The notes beneath the pieces were generated by a model. It did no database searches. It worked only from the letters and a program-made list of their open reading frames with translations, and was not told the origin of the DNA. A stretch of 64,000 nucleotides of DNA, taken from positions 224,001 to 288,000 of the forward strand of contig CAVYKI010000006.1 of NCBI GenBank assembly GCA_963769025.1. Direction: 5' to 3'. The position numbers and the translations under genes are program-made. Shown here in pieces: positions 1 to 11,542 of this stretch. The stretch comes from an uncultured Verrucomicrobiae bacterium. GTDB taxonomy: Bacteria > Verrucomicrobiota > Verrucomicrobiia > Chthoniobacterales > Chthoniobacteraceae. Numbering within the stretch: the stretch's first letter is position 1; every line of letters begins with the position of its first letter.

Positions 1-32
1 GCGATGGATGCAGCAAGAGGGGTTCGGATCAT
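1..32 (-). CDS. Probable 5' end of an Amuc_1098-family (PilQ/GspD-like) secretin, running off the window
   Basis: ATG at 32 reads MIRTPLAASIA..., a signal-peptide-like start. It lies directly downstream of the Amuc_1102-1099-like genes, so identity rests on gene order only. Confidence 0.4.
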   Translation of the reverse strand, partial: MIRTPLAASI

Positions 33-119
33 GGTTGGTTCTCGGTGTTGGTTGGCTGGAATGCGGGCGGACTTGCGGATCTGAGTCACTGGCGGGGAAC
101 GGCGGTGTCGTGTGGCTGG

Positions 120-1179
120 CTATTTCGCTGGGGTCAAGATCTTCTTCGTGCCGTCGGGCAGTTCGATGGTTGCCTCCTGCCCCTTGATCTCAATGACGGT
201 GTAAGTCTTGTCGAGCTCCGGCGGAAGCGTGAAGGTTTCAGTGCGGCGCTTTGAAAAATCGTCCGTTTTTTTACCGCCAGGCTTTACCCACTTGTAGTGG
301 AAAATTGCGTAGGAATCCGGCGAGTCCACGATCTGCTTGAGAGGCAGCACCACTTTGGCGCCGGTCTCCTTGTTGACGATGGTCAGTTCGGAGACGTCTT
401 TCATCGTTCCGTCTTTGTCCGGGATCTCCTTATGCTCGAACGAATCGAGTCTTGAATTTGGTTCCCGGAATATCTTCGCCGACCGGGAGGAACAGCGTCT
501 TGTTACCGCGGTCGATGGTGTTGATCTGCACCGTGGTATCGGACGGCTTTTTTGGCTTCCCGCCCGGGGCCGGCAAGTCGTAGGACATCAGCCGGAGACG
601 GAAGGGAATATAGACGACCTTCGCGAGTTCGAGCTTCGTGTGATAAGCCGGGTGGGAAACCGCCTTGGTCGGGTCGGTCGAGTCATCCGGCAGCGGCTTG
701 CCGTCGGCCCCCATCACAGGCTCGCCATTGTTGTCCAAATGCGAGCGGGCATCGAGGCCCACGAACTCTTCGAGGGTTGTGAAGCCGTCCTCGTCGGGGT
801 CTTCACCCAGTACGGAGGCGGCGAGCACATTCAGCCCGTACCGCTCGAGCCAATCATTGGGAACCGGGGGATGGAACATCTTCCCGATCGACTGCTCCAG
901 CTTTCCGTCATGGAGCACGTAGAGCTTGCTGACAAATAGCTTTCCGGAGTTGTCCGCGGGCTGCCACTTGATTGGCGCTTCGATGGCCGCGCGCGCCGCG
1001 TCGATCGCCTCGGTGTTGAGCTTGTCCACCGGGGTATTGGAAACCGCTGTGCCTCGGATGCTGTCGAAGTTCGCATCGAAGGCTGAGATTTTCGTATACA
1101 GAAGCGCGGTCAGCGCGATGGCAAGGATCGCCACAATCGCGAGGGTAAACTGGGCCGGGTTTTTCTTGATCCAGTCCAT
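120..1179 (-). CDS. Amuc_1099-family pilus-like system protein, split by one frameshift near 450
   Basis: N-terminal TM anchor (MDWIKKNPAQFTLAIVAIL) and a Ca-binding-like DPDEDGFTTLEEF...TDPT motif. Removing one base near 450 joins ...KFK-LDSFEHKEIPDKDGTMKDVSEL... to ORF 120..404. Confidence 0.7.
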
Positions 1180-1181
1180 CG

Positions 1182-2198
1182 TTACTTGTCCTTTTTCTTG
1201 CTGCCCTTCTCGGGTTTTTCGGATTTTGGCTTTGGCTCCTCGATGTTCAGGATCTCGAGTTCAAGAGCGGTCATGATTTTCTCGGTGCCGAACACATAGG
1301 TCAGCGGTCCTTCGTGCGCCGTCGGAGCGGGCACGGCCGGTGCAGGCGAAGGTGCAGGCACAGCAGGGATCGCGGGCGTCTCGGGAGGGGGCGGCTGATC
1401 GGGTGCGGCAGGTGCGGCGGGGACAGGCGGCGGTGGCGGTGCTGCACCCAGGCGCGGCGGCGACTCCATCTGCTTGTTTTGCACCGACATGTTGCGGATG
1501 ACGAAAAGCTGGGTCTTGTCGTTCGCGAGATCGGTCAGGATTTTTCGGAGCGATTCGTCGGACGAGGTGAATTTGATGCTGAGCCTGCTCCGCTCGATCG
1601 GCCCGTGGTCGGATCGGTCGGCGCCACCTCGCTTTCTGGCCGCACCGGCCTGTCCCTCCTCGGGCAGCGGCTCGCGGTCAAATTTTTCCAAGTCCACACT
1701 GCCGGTCTTGATGAGGACATTCATCACCAGGCCGATGGCTTGGAGTTCGCGCGCGAGCAGTGGCGCGGCTGCCTCCGTGGGTGGCGCGGATTGGTACCTG
1801 TCGAAGCCGAGGTAGAAGTTTTTCGGCAGCTCAACCCGTGCGGCGGCGGCCTTGGCGGCGACTTGCGCGACGGTGTCCTTCAGCTTGTCCTGGAACTGCG
1901 CCGGCTTCACCGGTTCGGCAGGCAGCGGCAGCACACGGGACTTCAGTTCCTTTTGCAAGTCGGCGATTTTGCCGCCGAGTTCATCCTTCTGCGCGAGCAA
2001 CTCCTTGAGGTTGCGATCGGTCAGTGCGGGCTTGGTGTCCTGTAGCCTTCTGAGCTGCGAGGCCGCGCTCTCGAAATTCCCTGTGGCCTCGTCATACTTG
2101 TCCATCGCGGCGTAGGTGAGGTAGCCGAGGGTGCCGACGCCCACGAACATCACGACGCCGAAACCGGTCAGGAATTTGTTTTCGGAAGCCCAGCTCAT
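1182..2198 (-). CDS. Amuc_1100-family pilus-like protein (PilO-like)
   Basis: MSWASENKFL + TM helix, coiled coil, FYLGFDRY...P...AAPLL..EL motif, Pro-rich insert, YVFGTEKI. Position between PilM-like and Amuc_1099-like genes. Confidence 0.75.
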   Translation of the reverse strand: MSWASENKFLTGFGVVMFVGVGTLGYLTYAAMDKYDEATGNFESAASQLRRLQDTKPALTDRNLKELLAQKDELGGKIADLQKELKSRVLPLPAEPVKPAQFQDKLKDTVAQVAAKAAAARVELPKNFYLGFDRYQSAPPTEAAAPLLARELQAIGLVMNVLIKTGSVDLEKFDREPLPEEGQAGAARKRGGADRSDHGPIERSRLSIKFTSSDESLRKILTDLANDKTQLFVIRNMSVQNKQMESPPRLGAAPPPPPVPAAPAAPDQPPPPETPAIPAVPAPSPAPAVPAPTAHEGPLTYVFGTEKIMTALELEILNIEEPKPKSEKPEKGSKKKDK

Positions 2199-3968
2199 TG
2201 GAAGTCGATCGGTTTTGTGAGTTTCAAGGGCAGGACAAACTTGAAGGCCCAGTCGGATGTGTCGTCGCTCGCGCGGACATAGCCCGCGGCGGCCTCCTCG
2301 ACCGGCTGGACATGCTTTGAATCCTTCAGCTTGGTGATGAATTCATCCACCACAGCCGGTCCGGCGTTGTTCCCTGCGTCGCGGCTCAGGTAGAGGCCTT
2401 TGACCATGAGAATGACGGATGGTGCCGCGCGCTCGTTGCCTCTGTTTCCGCCGCCCGGGCGGGATCGGGCGGAACCCGGTGCATTCGCTGGCGGAGCCTC
2501 CGGTGGCTCGATTTCCCGCTTTGCGGGCGTCCTTCCCGGCGAGTTCGAGGCTGGTGACCCAGATGAAGTCCTTCGGGAGTCGCTGATTGATGTCGGCGAG
2601 AAGATCGACCCAGTATTCGCGTTCCTTCGAGATTTTTTCGAGCGGCAGCGCGGATGACGCGAGCTGGTCGAGTTCGCTCCGGACGGACTTCATCCGGGCT
2701 TCCATCGTCTTGAGCGGCTCAGCTTTTGAGCTGAGTGTTTGCTCCACCTCCTCGGTGGCGACAGCGGCGCGCTCGTAGTATTGCCACCACGCGCCGATAG
2801 TCGCGAGGGCGCACACGCCCGCGGCGATGACGTAGGGACGCTGAGCGGCGCGCTTCTCCGCCTTTGCCACGCTGACCGGGCGCAGGTTGAGCTCCATCGG
2901 GCAACTGCCGAGCCCGCGCAGTGCGAGGCCCACGAGTTCGCCGAGGGTGTGGCTGGCGCGGCCGAGTTCGTCCGTGTTGGCGGAATCCGCGACGGCGACA
3001 TTGCGGAGCGGATTGAAGTAGTCCACTTCCATGCCCGGGAATTTTTCCTGAAAAAACTCGCGGATGTACGGCAGCGAAGCGGTGCCGCCGGCGATGAGCA
3101 CGCGCACGGGCTGGGAGCCGCCATGCTCGCTGCGGTAGAAAGTGATGCTGCGGGCGATTTCCTGATGCAGCCGCGTCATCTGGTTTCGCGTGATTTTGGA
3201 AATGCGCGCGATCTCCGCGTCGTCCGGCTCGGCGTAGGTGCCGCCGAGGCTCACGAAGCCGTCCTTCACCTTGCGCGCCTCCGCCTCGGCAAACGAGCAG
3301 CTGAAATCCTTCGCGATGGCCGTGGTGATCGAGCTGCCGCCGATGTTCAGCCGGCGGGGGAAAATCTTGCCCGGCTCGCAGAACAGCAGGTTCGTCGTCC
3401 GCGAACCGATGTCGAGCAGGATGGTGCATCCCTCGGCGTCCGGGTAATTGTAGCGGAGCGCATTGTAGAGCGCCATCGGCGCGATATCGACGACCAGGGG
3501 TTTCATCCCGCCCGCCTGCGCGGAGGCGTTGATGTCATCGAGGAGATCCGATTTGATCGCTGCGAGGATCACCTCGACCTGGCTGCCGTCGCCCGCGTCG
3601 AGTAACTGCCAGTCCCACACCACTTCGTCGATCGGGTAGGGGACGTTCTGCTGTGCCTCGAAGCCCACGATCTGCTCGACCTGCGACGCCTCGCCGACGC
3701 TGGGCAGCGTGACCGGACGAGTGAAAATGACGTGCGACGCGATGGCGTAATTGACGCCCCGGCCCTTGAGGCCGAGTTCGCCGACCAGTTGCTCGACCTG
3801 AAGCTTTGTCTGCAGCGAGCGGGTGGGGTCCGCAGCAGGATCGCCGAGGATTTCCGCCTGCTTAAGCATCGTCAGGACCAGGCCGCCGTCAGAATTTCTC
3901 TGAAACTCGGCGAGACTGATCGTCTGCGTGCCGAGGTTCAGGGCGAGGATTCCTTTTTGGGCGGCCAT
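2195..3968 (-). CDS. pilM: Amuc_1101-family PilM-like actin-fold protein fused to a PilN-like segment, frameshifted at ~2460-2540
   Basis: ILALNLGTQTI, FEAQQNVPYPIDEVVWDWQ, LLDIGSRTTNL, IGGSSIT, AGGTASL, then MELNLRP + TM + coiled coil. The C-terminus continues in ORF 2195..2407. Confidence 0.8.
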
Positions 3969-3990
3969 TCGTATCCGGTTGAGGTGTTGC

Positions 3991-4563
3991 TTAGCGGCTT
4001 GGGAGCTTCACCGCTTCGTAGCGGTCCGTCCAGAGCACGCTGAACGGCGTCTCGGACTTGGGGGTGAGCAATCCGGGGAACTGCGGGAGATTCGGGACGG
4101 CCCTCGCGTTCTTGTCCTTCAGTGAGGAAAGGGCCAGCGCCTGACCCTGCTTGGAAATCGTGATCCAGATGTTTTCAATCATCGCCGCGTTCAACTGCTT
4201 CCCCGCAGTGATCCGGTCGAGATTGCGCGGCGAGATGTACATCACCGTGTAGCGTTCCCTTCCCTTCGGGATGTTCACGTGGGTGACCTCCCCGGGATAG
4301 AGCTTGCCGCTGATCAAGACATCGAACTTGAACGTCAGTTCGTCCACCAGCTCGACGCCCGCGATTTCGAACTCCACCTCGATTTCGAGCCACTTCTGCA
4401 GCGTGGAGCGTTTCGGCGGGGTGTTGGTAATCGTGAACTCGGGCGTGCCGACTACGGCGGGCGCGATTTTCTCGATTTTCACATTCCGGGCTGTGACCAC
4501 CACCGGCACCTGGCCGAGGCTGGCGGCAGTGAGGGCGGCAAAGACGAATGCAAAAACTTTCAT
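3991..4563 (-). CDS. Amuc_1102-family pilus-like system protein
   Basis: Signal peptide, KWLEIEVEF, GEVTHVNIPKGR..Y.VMYISP and LLTPKSETPF..LW.DRYE motifs. First gene of the operon. Confidence 0.7.
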   Translation of the reverse strand: MKVFAFVFAALTAASLGQVPVVVTARNVKIEKIAPAVVGTPEFTITNTPPKRSTLQKWLEIEVEFEIAGVELVDELTFKFDVLISGKLYPGEVTHVNIPKGRERYTVMYISPRNLDRITAGKQLNAAMIENIWITISKQGQALALSSLKDKNARAVPNLPQFPGLLTPKSETPFSVLWTDRYEAVKLPSR

Positions 4564-4665
4564 GTTCGATGGGTGGGGGGGCGTTCCTGATGGATGAACT
4601 TCAAGGGTCTTTCTTCCGCAACTGCTCCGGGATGAAAAGGAAAATTTGCGATGCTCACTAAGATT

Positions 4666-5493
4666 TTATTTACCACCGGCATCGTCTGCCTCCGCGTGCG
4701 GTGTCCCTGCGCCGATGGTCGCGCGGATTTGCAACGCCGCTCCGCCGGTGAGTGCGACATCGGACGGCTGGAGCCCGGAGGGCAAAAACGACCGGATGGA
4801 AAGGACGCGCCCCTCGAGTTCCGCGAGCCGCGGACGCAGTTGCGCCGCCGCGAGATTCGCGATCATCCCGTCGCCGGTGCACGTGGACTCCGTGAGGCGG
4901 AGGTTGAAGTCCCCGTCGAGCGCGATGCGGCCGCGGATCGTCAGCGTCGCGGTGAAAAACATCGCCTTCGCGACTGCGACGGCCGTCACAGCGAGTTGGC
5001 GCGGGTTTTCCGCTTCGAGGGTGAGGCGCACCGATTCGACCTCCGCGCCGTGCTTCGACGCGGCGTCGCGTGCGAGACCGAGCAGCGCGGCTTCCATGTC
5101 CGAGGTGGCTGCCGCCGCGTCCAACGTTCCGCTCGCGCACTTCTGCAGCCACGCGGCGCGTGTTTCTCCGGCGGTGACGCCGAACGCGAAGACGCAGGCG
5201 TCGGCGCGGAACCTCACCCTCAACGGAATCCCTGCGAGCAACGCCGGTTCCGCGGTGACCTCAAGCACGCGCGCGAAACAGCCTCCGGCCGGATTCTCCG
5301 GTGCCGGCGCCGGCGGCGCCTGCCCGTCGAGGTGGACGCCCGTCAGGTTCATGCGGATGGCCTCAAGCGACGGGAAATCCCCGTCGATCGTTACCGAGCC
5401 TTCGCCCGCTCCCCGAGCTTCCGCGCCATGCGAGAGCGCGGCGCGGAGGGTTTGCGTGTCATGTGGAAATGCGTCACCGCCGAGAAAAAACAT
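4666..5493 (-). CDS. Hypothetical protein (~275 aa)
   Basis: Start taken at MFFLGGDAFP (5493) because the longer ORF runs through a structured intergenic element. Codon use is coding-like; no motif recognised. Confidence 0.6.
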   Translation of the reverse strand: MFFLGGDAFPHDTQTLRAALSHGAEARGAGEGSVTIDGDFPSLEAIRMNLTGVHLDGQAPPAPAPENPAGGCFARVLEVTAEPALLAGIPLRVRFRADACVFAFGVTAGETRAAWLQKCASGTLDAAAATSDMEAALLGLARDAASKHGAEVESVRLTLEAENPRQLAVTAVAVAKAMFFTATLTIRGRIALDGDFNLRLTESTCTGDGMIANLAAAQLRPRLAELEGRVLSIRSFLPSGLQPSDVALTGGAALQIRATIGAGTPHAEADDAGGK

Positions 5494-5794
5494 CAGCGCC
5501 TTGTCGTGCTCATGCACCTTTCGCGCAATGCGAAATCGCGCCGCGTGCGAAATCTCCTCCTTCGTTCGCAATGGCAGCACATTTTGCGTTTCCCGCCCTT
5601 CGGTTTTGAACGCCGCCGCGTGCCCGCGCACCTTCCGGGTTTCCTCCGCCCCGGATGCTTCCTCGGCAGCGGCGAAAATGACGCTGCCTAATGTTGCATT
5701 AGGCAAATCGCCATCCGCCACTCTCGGGATGCGGCGGTTCAAAAGCACGGTCCTCTCATCGAAGAGCACCGGTACGGGGCCTGCGGGCCGGCTG

Positions 5795-6304
5795 CTACTT
5801 CGCAGCGCCCTTCATCGATTGCATGAATTTCCCGAGCTTGTCGCTGCTCTCCTTTGGGAGCGTCTCCGGGTCCGCCACGATGATGTTTCCCAGCACCGCG
5901 TGGTCCTTGCCTCCCTTGAACAGTACGAAGATGCACATTGCGGGCTTGTCCTCAATCTTCGCGACGTAGGTGGCGAGGTATCCCGTCAGCCCGTCCTCGG
6001 TGTGCTCCTTTGCTTTCTCGGTGACGACCGCGTCCTTCAAGTCTTTCACCATGGCGGGCAGCATTTCCGCAAACACTTCCATGGTCGCCTCGACGGGCAC
6101 CGACGCGAAATTCACGGAAATCCGCCCGTCCGGCGAGTTGATCGAGATGCTGCCATCTGTCTCATCGACCTCGGTCTCCCATTTTTCGGGCGCCTCATAC
6201 TTGAGAACGGGATTCTTTTTGGGGTATGACTCCTCGCCCGCCGACATCGGCAAGAGAAAAGGGAAGGCGAAGAGCGTAGCGAAGAGGCAGAGTGTTTTGT
6301 TCAT
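5795..6304 (-). CDS. Secreted hypothetical protein, possibly PsbP/Mog1-like fold
   Basis: Signal peptide MNKTLCLFATLFAFPFLL; ..YEAPEKWET.. start and an alpha/beta pattern reminiscent of PsbP-like proteins. Confidence 0.65.
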   Translation of the reverse strand: MNKTLCLFATLFAFPFLLPMSAGEESYPKKNPVLKYEAPEKWETEVDETDGSISINSPDGRISVNFASVPVEATMEVFAEMLPAMVKDLKDAVVTEKAKEHTEDGLTGYLATYVAKIEDKPAMCIFVLFKGGKDHAVLGNIIVADPETLPKESSDKLGKFMQSMKGAAK

Positions 6305-6544
6305 AAGAAATTGCAGATTCGGTGTTTGGCGCGGCCCTTGGAAACGTTGGCATCGGCTGCTGTCAATGAGGAACACACTCCGGCTACTGATTTGCGACGA
6401 CGGGAAGCCGCGCAACGATCGTGATCGAGGCCTGAATGCGCATCCGAGCCCGTGATTTGACCGCGCATCATTGTCCCCTTCGGGGTTCAAAAGTGCGCCA
6501 TTCGCGCAGTCCGTGCTCGCTTATCCGCTAAACCGTGCTATGGG

Positions 6545-6991
6545 ATGCGGATGAAGCTAAATTTCAAATTCTCCCTTCGCGGTCCAGATCGGGTATCAGA
6601 GGAACTTGCAACGGTGCTTTCGAAAAAGGGGGCGTGGGAGTTTAAGGAGCTTTTTGAGATGGTTCACACGAACCTTCGTTCCAAGGACTTGGCGCGGGGC
6701 GGGGACGAGATGCTCCGCCTGCGGGCTCATGAGAAGCTGCAGAACTTCCTCTTTGCCGGCATCGTGACGAAAAAAGGCAAGGCCTACAGCGGAGTGCCGA
6801 AGGCGCTGGAGGCGTTCTTCAAGACCGCAGCCGAATTCAATGAGCGTTTTGCGACCGGAACGCACTGCCATCCTCCTTCCAAGGCCAAGGCCGCAGCCGC
6901 AGCCACCGCCCCGGCGGTGCCGGTCGCTCCCGTGGCCAAGGTCAAAAAGGCGAAGGCCGCGGCTCCCCGCAGGCAAAAGGCGCTGCGCTAG
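6545..6991 (+). CDS. Small basic hypothetical protein with Ala/Lys/Pro-rich tail
   Basis: Helical core (ELFEMVHTNLR...GGDEMLRLRAHEKLQN...IVTKKGKAYSG) plus KAKAAAA...KVKKAKAAAPRRQK tail. Confidence 0.75.
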   Translation: MRMKLNFKFSLRGPDRVSEELATVLSKKGAWEFKELFEMVHTNLRSKDLARGGDEMLRLRAHEKLQNFLFAGIVTKKGKAYSGVPKALEAFFKTAAEFNERFATGTHCHPPSKAKAAAAATAPAVPVAPVAKVKKAKAAAPRRQKALR

Positions 6992-7064
6992 GCGCAGGGG
7001 CGCGTTGCCGTACCGTTCCTCGCAGCGGTAGGAAAAATCGGGCACGCGCTGCGTGCGCGTGCGC

Positions 7065-7913
7065 CTACAGCATCGCCTCGGCGAATTCGCGGCTGTCGAA
7101 GAACGCGAAGTCCTCGATCTTCTCGCCCGTGCCGATGAAGCGCGTGGGGATGCCGAGCTCGTCGCGGATGGCGACGACCACGCCGCCTTTGCCGGAACCG
7201 TCGAGCTTCGTGCAGATGATTCCGGTGAGATTTGCGGCGCTGTGGAATTCGCGGGCCTGGCTGACGGCGTTCGCGCCGGTGGTGGCGTCCACGACGAGCA
7301 GCGTTTCGTGCGGCGCGGAGGCGTCGGCCTTTTGCAGCACGCGCTTCACCTTGCCGAGCTCGGCCATGAGGTTGTGCTTCGTGTGCAGCCGCCCCGCGGT
7401 ATCGCAGAGGATGAACTCGATGTTCTCCTTTTCGGCCTTTTGATACGCGTCGTGGCAGAGCGCGGCGGGGTCGGCGTTGTACTGGCCTTTCACGATCGGT
7501 ACGCCGATGCGCTCGGCCCAGACGGCGAGTTGTTCGATCGCCGCTGCGCGAAACGTGTCGGCAGCTACGAGGAGCACGCTGTGCCCGCGCTTTTTCAAAA
7601 GGGCCGCGAGCTTCGCGGTGCTGGTGGTCTTGCCCGTGCCGTTCACGCCGACGATGAGGAGCACCTTCGGCTTCGAGGCGTGCGGGCGGAGCGTCCACGC
7701 GTCAGTCGGGAGGACCTTGATGATTTCCTCGCGCGCGACCGCCACGATGGAGTCGGCAGTGGGCTCATCCTCGCTCGCCTGCAGGGTCTTGAGGATGCGC
7801 TGCGTCATGCCGAGGCCGAGGTCGGCGCGGATGAGCGACTCTTCGAGGTCGTCCCAGTCCACGGGCTTGCCGGTGAACTTGGTCCAGATCTTTTTGAGGA
7901 AGCCGAGGGGCAT
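7065..7913 (-). CDS. ftsY: SRP receptor FtsY
   Basis: GVNGTGKTTS, DTFRAAAIEQL, DTAGRLH, TKLDGSGKGG, GTGEKIEDF. Confidence 0.97.
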   Translation of the reverse strand: MPLGFLKKIWTKFTGKPVDWDDLEESLIRADLGLGMTQRILKTLQASEDEPTADSIVAVAREEIIKVLPTDAWTLRPHASKPKVLLIVGVNGTGKTTSTAKLAALLKKRGHSVLLVAADTFRAAAIEQLAVWAERIGVPIVKGQYNADPAALCHDAYQKAEKENIEFILCDTAGRLHTKHNLMAELGKVKRVLQKADASAPHETLLVVDATTGANAVSQAREFHSAANLTGIICTKLDGSGKGGVVVAIRDELGIPTRFIGTGEKIEDFAFFDSREFAEAML

Positions 7914-7919
7914 GCGGGA

Positions 7920-8369
7920 TCAGGGCTTTGCGCCGGGACGCGGCGCGGACGCCTCGCGCAATGGGCGCGTGAGCTCGCCCTTGATGCGGTCGAGCACGCC
8001 ATTGACGAACCGGCTGCTGTCCTCGCCGCCGAACTTGCGGGCGATTTCGATGGCTTCGTTGATGGCGACCACCGGCGGCGTCTCCATGCAGTGGAACATC
8101 TCGTAGATCGCGAGCCGGAGAATGTTGCGGTCCACTGCGGCGAGGCGCGCGATGCCGAAATTCTCGACGTATTTCACGATGCGCGCATCCACGTCGGCGA
8201 GGTGCGCGTTCACGCCGGTGATGAGATTCTCCGCGTATTCCCGGACGGACGTCTTCGTCTCGCGGAAATTCCAGAAGTCGGTGCGCAGATCCGTGGCGCG
8301 GTCGCCGTGGATGTCCTGCTGGTAGAGGAATTGAACGGCCACCTCGCGGCCCTCGCGTCGTTTGCTCAT
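7920..8369 (-). CDS. nusB: Transcription antitermination factor NusB
   Basis: MSKRREGREVAVQFLYQ, VDRNILRLA.YE, VAINEAIEIARKFG..S.RFVNGVLD. Confidence 0.96.
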   Translation of the reverse strand: MSKRREGREVAVQFLYQQDIHGDRATDLRTDFWNFRETKTSVREYAENLITGVNAHLADVDARIVKYVENFGIARLAAVDRNILRLAIYEMFHCMETPPVVAINEAIEIARKFGGEDSSRFVNGVLDRIKGELTRPLREASAPRPGAKP

Positions 8370-8854
8370 GAAAGTGACCGCGGTGCGCGGATGCCGTCGA
8401 GTGCCTGGATCATGCGCACGGCGGCGCGCGCGGCCTCGACTCCGCGATTGATGGTGGTGCCCAGGCAACGCTCGCGCGCCTGCTCCTCGGTGGCTGCAAC
8501 GATGACTTCGTGGAGCACCGGGAGTTTCAGCCGGAGCGAAATGTCGAGAAGGGCGTTCGTCACCGCCGTGGCGATGAGGTCCGCGTGGCTCGTCTCGCCT
8601 TCCCACAGCAGGCCGAACGCGAGAATGGCATCCGCCTTTCCCAACTCGCCGACCGTCTGCACGCCGAGCGGGATCTCGAACGAGCCGGGCACGCGATGGA
8701 GTTCCACCGACGATCCGGGCGCGATGGCGGCGAGTTCCTTGCGGGCGCCGTTGACGAGGCCGTCGACAAACTCCGCGTTGTAACGGCTCGCGACCACGAC
8801 GAAGCGCCGGGCGGCGTCGAGCGGTTCGGGTCGGTCTGGAAGTGCGGTGGACAT
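8366..8854 (-). CDS. ribH: 6,7-dimethyl-8-ribityllumazine synthase
   Basis: VVASRYN, VPGSFEIP, GETSH.D.I, EQA.ER, NRG.EAA; canonical ribH-nusB order. Confidence 0.93.
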   Translation of the reverse strand: MSTALPDRPEPLDAARRFVVVASRYNAEFVDGLVNGARKELAAIAPGSSVELHRVPGSFEIPLGVQTVGELGKADAILAFGLLWEGETSHADLIATAVTNALLDISLRLKLPVLHEVIVAATEEQARERCLGTTINRGVEAARAAVRMIQALDGIRAPRSLS

Positions 8855-8916
8855 TTTGGGGCGCGGAGGTTAGCGCGCAGAACCTGCGGCGCAAGGGAAG
8901 CCTCGCCTTCGTCGCG

Positions 8917-10479
<1,563 letters not shown>

Positions 10480-10526
10480 GTCGAACCCTGCCAGAACGCC
10501 GTGCCCGGTGGAAAGAGGGAAGTGCG

Positions 10527-10766
10527 TCAGAGCTGCGAGATGCGATCGCGGTTCACGAGCGCGCCGCAGCCCGGGCACTTCGGGAGGTCCGCGCCGGTGT
10601 CGTCGCGGAACTCGAATGCGCACAGGTGGCACTTCAAAAGTCCGCGCAGTGCGAGTTCCTCGCGCCGGGTGCGCCGGATGTTGTGCAGGATCGACGCGAG
10701 CAGAATGATGCCCAGGCAGAGGCCGGCGTAAACGAAGAGCAGTTCGTGGAGTTCGAGGCGAAACAT
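10527..10766 (-). CDS. Small membrane-anchored zinc-ribbon protein (79 aa)
   Basis: TM helix followed by CHLC...CPGC. Last gene after tonB/exbD/exbB, 5 nt from the tonB stop. Confidence 0.75.
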   Translation of the reverse strand: MFRLELHELLFVYAGLCLGIILLASILHNIRRTRREELALRGLLKCHLCAFEFRDDTGADLPKCPGCGALVNRDRISQL

Positions 10767-10771
10767 GTGGG

Positions 10772-11542
10772 CTAGCGCTGCGGAGCGGGCGGGTTCGTGG
10801 CGTCGTCGCCCCACGCAATGGTGACAGTGCCCCACTGCAAGGGCTCGCCGGACGGCGCGAACCGCAGTGTGCGGACGAATGCCAGCGCCTCGGCGTCGAG
10901 CGTCCGGTCGCCACTGGCCTGCTGGACAAACGCGAAACGCGGCTCGCCTTCCGCGCCTACTCCGGCGAGCACGGTCGTCGGCTCGACCGTCACGGCTGTC
11001 TTTGCACCAGGCGTGATCCTGAGGCTCTCCGGTGCGCGCGACTGGAGCGACGGCGAGAGGCGGATTTCCGTGGGCTGCGGGGCCGGTGCGGAGACTGTCG
11101 GCCTCTGCGCCGGCGAGATGCTTCGGATCAGCGCCAATGGTTCAAGCGCCGGAGGAATTTGGATCGTCGGCAGCTCCGGCGGCGCTGTGAGGGGCGGCGT
11201 GCGAAGGGTGAGGTAGGACGGGTAGTAGGGGACATCGAGCAGGCCCTTGGGCTCGACGGTCTGGACTCTCGCGACGAGCGCGGGGTCGTGCGTCGCGATC
11301 CATTGCAGCAGGGCGTCGGCTTCCGGCGAACCACCGGCAGGGTCGTTGGAAGCGGTCAGGATATGGACGACCGGCGCTGTCCGGACCGCCCTCGGTGCCA
11401 CGGGATCTTTTCCGTGGAAGACGAAGAACGCGGCGCTGTGCAGCAGGAAGGAGAGAAAGATGAACGCTGCGAGCCACCACGAGCTGCCCTCACGATCGGA
11501 CCACGTGAAGATGACCGGCGTCTCGCGCTCCGTGTCGTTCAT
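10772..11542 (-). CDS. TonB-like energy transducer
   Basis: TM helix with S-F-L-L-H (SHLS-type), Pro-rich linker, C-terminal SGDRTLDAEAL...LRF motif. Confidence 0.7.
   Translation of the reverse strand: MNDTERETPVIFTWSDREGSSWWLAAFIFLSFLLHSAAFFVFHGKDPVAPRAVRTAPVVHILTASNDPAGGSPEADALLQWIATHDPALVARVQTVEPKGLLDVPYYPSYLTLRTPPLTAPPELPTIQIPPALEPLALIRSISPAQRPTVSAPAPQPTEIRLSPSLQSRAPESLRITPGAKTAVTVEPTTVLAGVGAEGEPRFAFVQQASGDRTLDAEALAFVRTLRFAPSGEPLQWGTVTIAWGDDATNPPAPQR

Noticed and set aside
5620..5670. SRP RNA, suggested by GGAAG motifs and nearby ftsY
   Set aside because: The conserved CAGG-N-GNRA-N-AGCAG helix-8 arrangement is absent on both strands.
5494..5769. N-terminal extension of ORF 4666..5769
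   Set aside because: It overlaps the structured inverted-repeat element and reads as non-coding; the start at 5493 is preferred.
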